DNA from: Felis catus
Lineage: Eukaryota
Direction: 5' to 3'
Assembly (NCBI RefSeq): GCF_018350175.1
Contig: NC_058368.1
Span: forward strand, 103,542,001 to 103,606,000
DNA length: 64,000 nucleotides
This document shows, piece after piece, positions 52,284-64,000 of this stretch. How positions within the stretch are numbered: the first letter of the stretch is position 1; every line of letters starts with the position of its first letter. A program made the translations under genes and the position numbers. The notes under the pieces are model-generated. The model worked only from the letters and a program-made list of their open reading frames with translations, was not told the origin of the DNA and ran no database searches.

Positions 52284-55200
52284 CGGCCACCTTGTGAAAT
52301 ACACTCTGTCCTCAGTCTTCACAACATGACCAATCTGCACATACATTTGGACATTTGTATTTGTACTAGAGACATGTGACTGTGATGTTTCCATTCACCC
52401 TCGTGCTCCTCTAAACTTTCAGGAGAGGTGAAGGTGGGACGTTTCTCTTTGGAGGTCTGGGATTGAGGATACAGATTGAGACAACACAACAGCAGGAAAC
52501 ACACTCAAGAGGAAATGGTGTCTGTGATGCTGATTTCTTTAAGACTACAAACATCAGAAACATCTAAGATTTTTCACATACGTGGGTCAGCTTTCAAATC
52601 ACCTGTCAGATCTCTCTTTGCTAGGCAGAATACACCAATTAGGCTCCCTTTCCTTATTTGTTTCTGTTCTTCCACCTTTATGTGGTTTGGCTTATTCTCT
52701 TGTGAGTCCTTTCAAGCTTGTTAAATTTGTCAAAACCCATACTTGACAAAATACTGGACTGCTGCTAACTCCACAGAATGACTACCAAGCCTCTCTTCCT
52801 CCTGGAAGGAAATGATATGCTTCCTTAAATAAAATATTGATTAAAAAAAAAAAGCAAACATTAACAGTACACTGTTAGACCTGGCACCAGATTAGGATAG
52901 AATTTGGTCTATTAGATGGGCTTTGATGCTTTGTTCCCTACTGCAAATATGCTTCCACTCCCACAAAACAGAAACTGGGGTAAACGCACTATCTGCATAG
53001 AAATAAAAACAATGCTCTAATATTAAAGGGAAAACACAATGATAGAAAGAGTCAGGAAGCAGCTCAGCAAAGCCATTACCATGCTTATTGCCATTTGAAG
53101 GCACAATGATTGAAGTTATTGTCTTAATGTAAGATTACTAAATAATGCATCCCATAAAGGAAAGACATTGTATTGGCCATAAAACGTGTGTAACTGCAAC
53201 AGAATTCATACTTATTTAATGACACTTTAGAATCGGATGGTAATTAAAATGAAGTAGGAATTTTTAAAAGGCAAGAGAAATTCAAACACACCAGTATATA
53301 AATTGAAACATTCCCTTTGTTTTGCAAGCACATAAAGAAGTAAGTTTCACATGGATTTTTTTTTTCCTTTTTGGCCCACTGGGAACAACACAATTTTGAC
53401 TCTTCAGTATTTCCACTTCTAATTGCTAGGAGGGTTCATTATCAGCTGTCTAAAGTGCAATACATCAACCTTGCAAAGCTGAGTTACAAAAGACGTTCAC
53501 ACATCTGATGGGCTGCTGTGCTAAATACATCTTAATTTGTGCTGCATCTGCTGTTTTCTAATTTGTTTGTCACGCTGTGAATGCTGCAGACTTTGTTAGA
53601 GCAGCTCCCTGATTTTTTTTTCTTTAAAAATGCATCAACTCTTCATAAAAAAAAAAAAAAATGGCCACCTTCCACCATTGTTCATCTGTGTCTTGGAATG
53701 CCATAAACTCAATTCCGTTATATATGTATGAAAAAAATTCTGTGCATTTGAATATGTATATGTATTATATTAGAATAAATGCATATATTTTTGCATGTGG
53801 ATCAAGCAAAACATTCAGTTTAATCACATGAAGCAAAACAAACTTTCTGCAGCCAGCACTGAATGCACAAGGTGACACACACTCCATTCTCCCAATGCTG
53901 GCAATGGGTAAATGTTTCCCTGCTATGCAGACGATGTGCATTAGGGGGGCGCTCTCACTTCCTACCTGCTAAGCAGCAGGTCAAGTGGTAAACAAGCATG
54001 TGCAGTTCGACATGATCCAGAATGAATTAGTCGCGCATTAGGGAAGTTTAAATTCCAGCTGGGGAGGAAAACAAATACCACCACCTCAGTCTTTTCACAA
54101 AACACGGTGTCCAAGTTAAAGACAGGGCCTACTTCCTGGCACGTGACTCTGCTGTCGCCCAAAGCCTCATGCTTACAAGAGCTGGGATCGGTTTCATGCT
54201 CTGCTGTCACCACTTAGAAATTTTTCATACTTGATAAACAAGGGGCCCTGCATCTTCGTTGTGTACCGGACCCCACAAATCATGTAACTGGTCTTGGGTG
54301 CACAAGGCGTTTAGAGAGCGCTGGTGGAACAGCTAATGGATGAACTCCAGCATTTCAAGCTGTGAGATCACAAAAATGTACCCCTTGAAATGAAGAATAA
54401 AAGAAGGATAGAAGGAAGAAAGCAGAGAGAGAGGGAAGCACGAAGGGAGGGAAAACCAAACAGCATTTACTTTGTATTCATATAGTTTGATAGGCTGTGA
54501 GGGATGGAAAGCAGCCATTTCTACCTGATAGTTATTCTGAACACAGAGTTTGACTGCAACTCGTTAAAGGAATATGCCTCTTGTCACAGGTTTTGGGATC
54601 ACTAGCCAAAGTAGGGACTCAAAGTCAGTCTATAACTTTTTTTAGAAAAACAAGCGAAATACAATTCAATTTTTTTTGACAATTTCCCGCCACCGCTTTC
54701 CTTACATATCCACACACAAAATCCAAATTATTTTGGAAAAGTGAAATAAAAACCAGAAATACGGGGGAGCTGGAAACCTCAGAGGAACATGTGCAGTTCT
54801 TTCCGTCCTGCGTGCTGTTTATTTGGAGCAAGGCAGTGGACTGACGGGCAATGAGAGGCTGGCATCCTTTGTGTCTGTGCTTGGAGATGGCGATGCAGGG
54901 AAGCAGATCTGTGCCCTCGCTTCTCCCGCTGTACACCGCTCCCTCTCCGAGAGGGTGACAAGGACCCCATTTACATAATGCCAATCAGTCTACCGTGTCA
55001 AGTTTTCCCAAGAACACGCAGAAGCGATTACCAAGGCAGGCGTTATGACTGGTGGAGTCACAGACAAATCAGGGCTTCCATAAAGGAGTATGTTGAATCA
55101 ATAAGGCATACTGTTCAACCAGGGCTGAGAAAAACACCTCATAAAGTAACAGCATTTGTAAAGGTTAATCAATTCAGCTAATTGTAAATGCTCTCAATTG

Positions 55201-56489
55201 TCAGTCCCTAAGCAGTCCCTTCTCTTTGTAGCTAGTAATTCACTGTGGGATGCAGCAGCTCTAAAGCAGGAAGCAGAGAAAGAGGGAAAAGCAGTCAAAT
55301 TTCTCATTACTCTCTCCATGTTGTGCTCTGTCGGTGTCTGTAAATGTCAATACATTTACCACTGGGAGATCGCCTTTTTTCCCCTACTAGCACTACGTTG
55401 CCTCCTTCATTATATACAAAACAAAGTAAAGAGCCTAATTATCTTGGTCTGGGCAGATGGAAAGGAAATCAGGGTATTGATCTTTGGGGGCAATATCTTA
55501 AGGCAATGCATACGACTAATAAGCTAGGCAGTTAAAGGGATGGTCTTTTATTGACATCGGTAAGAAAAACACATCTTATTCACTGCCCAGAATTGACTCA
55601 GAAAAAGGAAGAAATTCCTTCTGTTTTTTCCTCCCCACTGCCTCCATTTCCCCAGTAAGAACAAAACTAGAGGGGGGGAGGGGGCTTTTTAAATAAGCAT
55701 CTCTGGAGATCTGAGATACAGAAATGAATCATGTCAGACAGAAAACGATGAGATAATTCTACCCTAAAATTATAACCAGTCTCTGGCAGTGAAGGCAAAC
55801 CACTGACTTTCATGGAACAAGGCAATTCTTGCCTTTCTACAAGACTTCATGATCAGAGTAGCCCATATTTCCAGGGCACGAATAGATGTTCTACTGGGGA
55901 CACAGAATGCAATTTGTTTTATTAATGCTGGATTTGTCTTAGAAAATGGTGATATGGGTCGAGTGATAAATTAGCTTAAGGAAAATCACTCTCATTTTTT
56001 TTAAGCTTTCACATATATCCTTTCTGCCCATTACCATGTAGATGTGTATGTTATTACCTTTCAGAAAGTCTTGTTTCCCTGCAGTTAGAGAAATTGATCT
56101 TCTATATTTAGAAAATACAGGAAGATAGTGAATTTCAAGGAATATTTATATAAGCCAAAAATAGAGATGAGAACTATTTCAAATGTTTTGGTGTGTGGTT
56201 ATATTTGTAGCAATGTGTGTAATAACAACTAACATTCACTCATTTATTACACCCTAGAATCCAATGATGTATGTAATTTCCCTTATTGAAACATGAATTG
56301 CTGAAGCACACAGTCAATTCGCCCTTTATTTCATCTGCAACTTAGTAAAATGTAAATGTCTTTTCCTGAAAAGTAAGCCTGTGGGGTTTCACAAAATTTG
56401 GAAACAGACAAAGAATCGCAGTAGACTATAAATCCTAAGCCTTCAACAATTTGACAAAAAGAACATACTTTATCTTTTACATATTTCAC

Positions 56490-56686
56490 TTTTTTTAAGT
56501 TTATTTATTTATTTTGAGAGAGAGAGAGAGAGAGAGCACAAGCCGGGGAGGAACAGAGAGAAAGGGAGAGAGAATCTCAAGCAGGCTCCCCATCTTCAAC
56601 GCAGAGCCTGATGCGAACTGTGAGATAGTTACTTGAGCCGACAGCAAGAGTCAGATGCTTAACCCACTGAGCCACCCAGGCACCCC
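56490..56686 (-). mobile_element. Can-SINE
   Basis: TSD tacatatttcact. Confidence 0.92.
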
Positions 56687-58789
56687 TACATATTTCACTG
56701 CAATGTAGCTAATCAAAGACATCATAAAACTATAGTTAAATAAGTGAGACGCCTCGGGTTCCCATCAAATAGTTTGATATTTCAGATTGTGTAATGTAGT
56801 CAGACGAGCCAAGTGTTGACCTGAACGGCTTTGAAAATAAACTGGGGAAGACACAGAAGGCAGCTTGTTGGCAGCTGGCACATTGCAAGATATTTCATCC
56901 CCCAAAACATGTGGGATAATGCTAGATCGGTGTAGGAAGGTAGCATGTTTAAAGTCAAATTAACTGGTGCATTATAATAATAATGGCGGGTAGTCAGAAA
57001 ACAAAATCTAAATGTTCCTCTGCAGTGAACAGAACCATTGGTTTACAAAAGGGATTCTGTCCTTAATAAAAACAATTGCACTCATGCATGAGTACAATTT
57101 AAAACATGCTATGTTTATCTTTGAAAAATGGGAAATTAACTAGTCCCTAATGTCCCGAAGCTATCTCACGGACAAGTGAGAGAAGACCTCTTCAACAATA
57201 AACACTCTCCCACTCTCCCACCTTGCTCCCCTCCCCCCTTCTCTTCCCCTCCTTCCCTCTTCCTTCCCCTCCCTCTTTTTCTAAGATATACTCCTTTCAT
57301 CTAACAATGCCATGTTCCCATAATTTCGGGAGAAATTTCCTGGCATCTTTGAAAATGCTGAGAATGGAAAGATAAGTCCTCTAAATGCAATTCTTCACCT
57401 TAAAGGAACTAAAATACCTGTTGGAGTTTAGAGAACTATAGGCCCCAGCAAGCCGTGAGGAAAATTAACAAAACAACCCCCTCCCCACCTCAGGACCCTA
57501 TTATCTCATTTCATTGACTGATTGTTCCTGAGCATTTGGTACCTTTATCCTTATATATATTCATTTGAAGCCTCACCCTTTTATACATAATGTAATTTTC
57601 TTTCCAGAGGATAAATTTTTATATCAGTTTCATAATTTCTTGAAGTTATACTGGAGTATCGCTCAACTCAGTGCTAAATTAAAGCACTTATTAAAAAACT
57701 TTAAAGTACTCTCACAATTTTAAATCACTGTGCACATAGCAATTTAAAATTATGGGAGCAGTTTTATAAGCACTTGAATTTGGAGGTGATCAGAGACCTG
57801 AAAATGTGCAGTATAGAGTAATTTAAAATTATTAGAGTACTTCACATTTTTTATAAGCTCTTCAGCTGGGAAGCGATCAGGTTCCAACATCTCAGCCTGT
57901 GTGGTACAGAGTGAAGTACTCCTCAGCCCGAGAAGATTCACTCTATTAAATCAAACTACTTTAATAATTCTAAAGTAATGTACAGTGAGCATGCTCAGAT
58001 CTCTAAATTCACTTTGAAATTAAAAATATTTTTCACTTCCAACCTACAAAAGACACTCGTGTGATAAAGCAACAATTTACCCTTTCAATTTTAGATATCA
58101 GACTGCCCTCTCGCTTTTAGAGTGGTCTTCCCTCGGCGAAAAACAAACACCAAAATATTAAAAATATTTTTTCCTTTTCGTTAAAGAAAAGAAAGAATTG
58201 CAAAGCATCATGCTATGAACAGTTACACAAGCTAATTGTATTTGAAAATGTTTCCATTTCAAAGTAAACTTTAGTGGATTGTGTTTGGGGATATAACACT
58301 TTTACAGCCAAAACAAATGACAAACTAGTATCTCCATGGGGCTTTTAAACTTAAACAAACAGCTAATTGTCTTATGGAAGTATGACATCTATCCCACTGA
58401 GACAAATGGATGGTTCTTCACAATAGGGCAGCTGTCTTGCAACCTGAGAAAATCCATAGGGACCCTACTATGTCTTCTGAAGAACGCTGCTGACCTAAAT
58501 GAAAGCATGGGGTTCCCATAACAGTCCCCCATCTACCCTTGGGTTCAAAGAAGGGACAACATAACAGAAGCAGGAGACCTACTACACTAAATGTACATTT
58601 GGCAAACATGCTTTTCAGGTTATTCAAATCAGTCTATGTGATTGTTTTGTTCTTGTGGAATCTTATACTTTGTATAGCAAAGTTAGAAGGTAGAATTCTG
58701 GACCAGTTATTTCTGTTGAGAAACAAGATTATTAACCTACTAAAGGGGATTCTAATCTCACAGCAAAAAATGATTTAATTTCTGTTATT

Positions 58790-59182
58790 TTGTTGAAGTA
58801 TAATTAACCCACAGTGTTATATTATGTTAGTTTCAGGCATACAATAAAACGATTCAACAATTCTATACATTGCTCAGTGCTCGTTAAGGTAAGTATACTC
58901 TTAATCTCCTTTATCTATTTCACCCACACCCCCTAACTCCCTTCTGGCCACCATCAGTTTATTCTCTGTATTTAAGAGTCTTCTTTTTTAAGAGTCTTTT
59001 TCGCTGTTGTTTCTATTTTTTTTCTTTGTTCACTTGCTTCTTAAATTCCACATATGAGTGAATGAATATGGTCTGTGTCTTTCTCTAATTAACTAATTTC
59101 ACTTAGCATTATACCCTCTAGGTCCATCCACGTTGTTGCAAAAAGCAAGATTTCATTCTTTTTTATGGCTGAGTAATACTAC

Positions 59183-59219
<37 letters not shown>

Positions 59220-59690
59220 GCAGCTACATATATATATTTAGTGACATAATATATATGTGATATAATATGTGTATATAATGTGATATAATATATATCACAT
59301 ATTCTTTATCCATTCTCTGTGGAGAGACACTTGGGTTGTTTCCATATCTTGGCTATTATAAATAATGCCACAATAAACACAGGGTTGCATATATCTTTCT
59401 GACTGAGTGTTTTCATTTTGTTTGAGTAAATACCCAATAGTGGAATTACTGGATCATATGGTATTTCCATTTTTAAGTTTTTGAGGAATTTCCATACTGT
59501 TTTCCACAGTGGTTGCACCAGTCTGCAGTCTTTCCCACAGCAGTGTACAAGGGTTCCTTTTGCTCCATATGCTCACCCACACTTGTTAGTGCCACTCTGT
59601 CAGGTGCGAGCCGCTATCTCATTGTGGGTTTGATTAACAATGTTGAGCATCTTTTCATGGGTCTGTTGGCCATCTGTGTGTCTTTTCAAA
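58790..59690 (-). mobile_element. Carnivore L1 3' end (antisense) with internal microsatellite
   Basis: ORF 59306-59518 ([30 protein letters not shown]) is the L1 ORF2 C-terminus. Confidence 0.93.
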
Positions 59691-59775
59691 GGTACACTAT
59701 ACTTCCTGGTATTTTAAATTCAGTTACTCAGGAATGAGGGGGTGAAAAACTAATTTGGGTAGTTTACTCACTCCA

Positions 59776-59822
59776 CTTATTAATTTTTCTAATATAATTT
59801 ATTGTCAAATTAGCTAACATAC
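59776..59822 (-). mobile_element. Extremely 5'-truncated L1 3' terminus
   Basis: Reverse reads gtatgttagctaatttgacaataaattatattagaaaaa; perfect TSD agtttactcactcca at 59761 and 59823. Confidence 0.8.
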
Positions 59823-61191
59823 AGTTTACTCACTCCATTTAAACATAATGACAATTCAAATAAATAATAAGACATCTATAAAACCATTTTGAAAGACAAT
59901 TTTTTTCCCTCATTACTATCAAATAAGCTGGAAGGTTACTTTTCTCCCCCTTCCCTTCCCTTCCCTCCCCCTCCCTCTCCTTCCATCTCTCTCCCTCCTT
60001 TGTTTTCTTATTCTCCCTCTCCTTCTCTCAAATGTCCTATTCATCTGAATTCCAAGTGTACTCACACTGCATCTACTGAAAGGTAATCACTTTAGTACCC
60101 ACTTGTTCTTTGGTAATACTTTGAATTTTAACCTATAGAAGAATTGATCCTAACTAATGTGCTTATAGCCCACAAGTGAACTGGAGGGGTTCCTAATAGC
60201 AATTTTCCACTGGTAGAAAGTATGCTTTAACTGTTTGTTACAGCTCATGAGGGAAAAAGGCTACAATATATACAAGTAGTGCTCTATTTAAATGTCCTTC
60301 TGGCTTGTCTCAAAAACTTCCAGAGCCATTTCATCTCACACTGCTGATGCTGCCTGAAAATTAAAGTCTCCTGGGTGGTGGTGGGGGTGCAGGAGGGAGA
60401 GCACGGTTAGCAATGTCTTTAAAAGTGCTCTTTCTTGGAACAGGCTCTTTCATTGAGAGATATGCCAAGCACACCCTTAAGTCAAACAAGTAGACTTATT
60501 TTGAAGGGTGTTGCAATGATTTTTAAACTTCATTTCAAAGGCCAGGCACTGAACACTACAGATGAAATTGGGAAATATGGCTCTATTGCCCTTTTTAGGT
60601 AGAAAATGAGATTCTGGATTTCGGGTTATAATCCAATTATAAAATTCACTGAAGACAGGGTACATATATTGCCCAAACTCTCTGAATCTTCCCACAGAGA
60701 AATACATGGATCCAACAAGTATCCAATGTTTTAGTGATGATGACAATAATGGACTCTGTAGGTTTTCATTTTTAAATACCCATGTGATTTCTCTGAAATC
60801 AGAAATATTATCTCTATAAAAATGTTTCTGAATTTAATGTATGAAATATTTCCAACTAGTATATTGAAAACTCTCAGAAGTTATATCTGCTTCTACACAA
60901 AAGCAGTTTGAATTCTACAAGATTTGCATTTGTTTTTATATTATGCTCAATTTGTCTTGGTTTTCATGCTACATCCATCACAAATTCTTCTGGAAGAAGA
61001 CCAAAAGAAAGCTGTTCAGGCATAGAAATTTATGGTATTTAGACGGTTTGTAGGTACCCAGTGGGATCAGCTCTTTGTCTATACTGTCATAGGAGCATGT
61101 AAGTATCCAAGAAATTCAGTGGTAATAATACAAAATCCTCTATCTATTCTTGTCTGCAAACTAAAATCATTTCAAGAAGCTAAAAAAATCT

Positions 61192-61610
61192 GGGGTGCCT
61201 GGGTGGCTCAGTCGGTTGAGCGTTCAACTTCAGCTCAGGGCATGATCTCACGGCTTGTGAGTTCGAGCCCCGCATTGGGCTGTGCTGACAGCTCAGGGCC
61301 TGGAGCCTGCTTTGGATTCTGTGTCTCTGTCTCTCTCTGCCCTTCCCCCACTCTTGCTCTGTCTCTCTTTCTGTCTCAAAAGTAAATAAACATTTTTTTT
61401 TAAAAAGCTAAAAAAGGGGCGCCTGGGTGGCTCAGTTGGTTAAGCGGCCGACTTCGGCTCAGGTCATGATCTTGCGATCCGTGAGTTCGAGCCCCGGGAG
61501 CCTGGAGCCCGTTTCAGATTCTGTGTCTCCCTCTCTCTCTGACCCTCCCCCATTCATGCTCTGTCTCTCTCTGTCTCAAAAATAAATAAACGTTAAAAAA
61601 TATTTTTAAA
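61192..61610 (+). mobile_element. Two tandem Can-SINEs (heads at 61192 and 61416)
   Basis: aagctaaaaaa is repeated three times around the two elements; the second copy has an internal deletion. Confidence 0.94.
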
Positions 61611-63581
61611 AAGCTAAAAAAAATCTAAAAGGGGTAATCGTTAGCAGGAAGTTAGAAAAAAATAATGAATTAGTGTGTGCCTAAAGTGAGGGAGAAATTT
61701 GGGTATAAATGATAGAAAAAAAAATCACAAGAGCACATCTATGGATTCTTGTGTGTTAGAAACAGAGACAATAGTTAAAAGAAGCTCTAAGATGGTTTTC
61801 TCTCTAATATGTGGGTTAACAGGAAGCCTCTAAACAAAACTTTTGCTACAATGAATGGGTAAAAACTAAGTCCTCCAATTAGGACACAAGTGAATTTGAA
61901 AATCAATGCGGACATTTCAAAAGAAGTAGCTATTAGAAAGCAAAAATGTATTTGTAAGACTAACATAAAGGAATTCAGATGAAAATATAACTCTCATACA
62001 TGCTATGACTATGTGAACATAATGAAACATGCCACACCTGGAACATTTGTGAATGGTTGGGCTCAGGATCTGTCATTGCATTTCACCAGAGAAATCACTG
62101 CTTTTAGGACCCTTATATAAAAGGTGAGAGAAGCAATATTGGATGATGCCAATCTATGAGTCTCTCCTGTGTGCAACATTGACTTTAGGACTGAAACCAG
62201 GGAGATAATACTCAAAACCTTTGTACACACATTGTAAAGATGGATGTATACTTTTAAGATAAAACTTTTTAATTCCTTTGCATTTTCCTACCCCATTGAC
62301 ATGAGTGTATTTAATGTTCTTTTATCTGAAAGCATTGCTAAATAAATAAAAATTTCATTAACACTATGGCAATTTTAAGTAAATCTTTGCCTAATGATAT
62401 GCCCTTTAATTCCTAGTGCCTACTGCATGAGTTAATCCATTTAAGTGAGAAAACATGTTTTGTCAGATTGTGTGAGTCTGACAATTTTTTGAACCAAACT
62501 GAAGCCTTTTGAGAATTGAATTCCATTTGCTTCAGGGAAAAAAAAAAAGTGACTTTCTGGTTCAAAGGAAAAATGCTTAGAAGCCATATTTGAAAGGCTC
62601 ATAAGGGGTCTTACACATCAAATAGCTCTTAGAAAACAACATTCTGATGAGTTAAGTGTAAATTAATTAGAAACATACAGATTGCTTTTCCCTGGCTGTA
62701 CACATGGGTTTCAAAGTTGAAGAAAGAGTGTTTGACAAAATATGTTTGGAGTTTTCATGACCCAAAAGCATAGTAAAGTAGTTCAAGATGTTTCTGTGAA
62801 ACAAAGATACTTGTTTTCTTGCAGTGATCTTTCCAAACAAATATTTAATGAGCTCTTATTTAAAAACATTGAGACTCAGGCAGGTACTTCATTTTGTGTC
62901 CACCAAGTATATCTCAAAGAGGATTTTTCCCTGCAAAGAAACTGATTAAGTCATTATAAATGAATTCTAGCCTTGCAGTGCTTCTGAAAGAGGAAACACA
63001 AGTGAAGTAAGTATTAAGACACGCTCTTTGCAAATCTATCCTGCACTAAGAGTTGGTGAATGGAATCTCTGAGGTGCTGAGACTACAGACCCGGGAATAG
63101 CATTTCCAAGAAGCTTCTGGGAAAATATCAGACTATAAGAGTTTGATCCAGGTAGTCTGGTTATATGCCCATCAAGTGCTTAGATCCAATTAACAGGGAA
63201 CTACAACTTGTCAAAGATATTAAAGCAAATGAACAATTGTGGAAATGTATGGAGACAAGTATTTCCCTAGTACCATCACTTGAGAAAGTACTTTAAAATG
63301 TTATCATCAGCAAATATTTATTTTACATCAGTTATAGTGCTGAAAACTAGTACCATTAGTATCCCCGAATCCCGATCTTCAAACTCACCACTAAGGAAAA
63401 AAAAAAAAAAAGAATGAATGAAAAGAATGAAAAAAGAAAAAGGCTTAAAGAGTATAAAACACTACCCTTATATCTTTTACTAAGTGATTTAATTTTTCTT
63501 AATTCTGTTTCCAATTAGCTAAAATAAAATTAGGAGGTCCCTTTTAAAGATGAGAACCCATAAAAAAAATTTAAAAAAAAA

Positions 63582-63807
63582 GGGGCGCCTGGGTGGCTCA
63601 GTCGGTTAAGCGGCCGACTTCAGCTCAGGTCACGATCTCACAGTCCGTGAGTTCGAGCCCCGCGTCGGGCTCTGGGCTGACCGCTCAGAGCCTGGAGCCT
63701 GTTTCAGATTCTGTGTCTCCCTCTCTCTCTGACCCTCCCCCGTTCATGCTCTGTCTCTCTCTGTCTCAAAAATAAATAAACGTTAAAAAAAAATTAAAAA
63801 AAAAAAA
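63582..63807 (+). mobile_element. Young SINEC_Fc-type SINE
   Basis: Near-consensus; TSD aaagatgagaacccataaa. Confidence 0.96.
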
Positions 63808-64000
63808 AAAGATGAGAACCCATAAAGCACCAAGCCCATCCAGGAAGAACTAATCAAGCTCAATTACTCCAAACCACTTAATTCTCACCCTAATAGAGGG
63901 ATTAGGGGGCTCATATTTTTAATTTACTATAGTAAGTTGTTCTTAAAAAAAAAATTCCCCCAGGGTCATTAGAAACTCAGAAATTTCCCTCAATTATAAC

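Noticed and set aside
57750..57944. Possible minus-strand exon/ORF
   Set aside because: Weak acceptor, no clear donor, no recognisable protein similarity.
1301..63775. Recurrent MAQSV...SLSQK ORFs
   Set aside because: Can-SINE consensus translations, not genes.
1..64000. Prokaryotic-type systems (CRISPR arrays, operons, IS elements)
   Set aside because: Mammalian repeat-rich DNA; no regularly spaced repeat-spacer array or gene-dense region.

Overview
Mammalian, almost certainly felid (cat-like), AT-rich genomic DNA, judged from about 35 carnivore tRNA-derived Can-SINEs, several of them young SINEC_Fc-type copies with intact target-site duplications (TSDs). It also holds L1, L2 and MIR remnants, solo LTRs (MER34-, MER21- and MLT2-like) and microsatellites. 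I recognise no intact protein-coding gene; most ORFs in the track are SINE, L1 or microsatellite artefacts. The one clearly recognisable gene-derived sequence is an old, disabled, near full-length processed RPSA pseudogene on the minus strand (~51335-52283). Its middle has become a dense CpG cluster with clustered NRF1, ETS and CRE motifs, and it lies inside a ~13 kb SINE-free zone, which suggests a retrocopy exapted as a promoter or enhancer. Several small minus-strand exon candidates (16261-16350 and 3034-3091; weaker ones at 30258-30285 and 29707-29718) and a promoter/5'UTR-like block at ~28.4-29.3 kb suggest the window is mostly intronic to a large minus-strand transcript that I cannot name. 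Repeat family names come from remembered consensus sequences and repeat boundaries are approximate.
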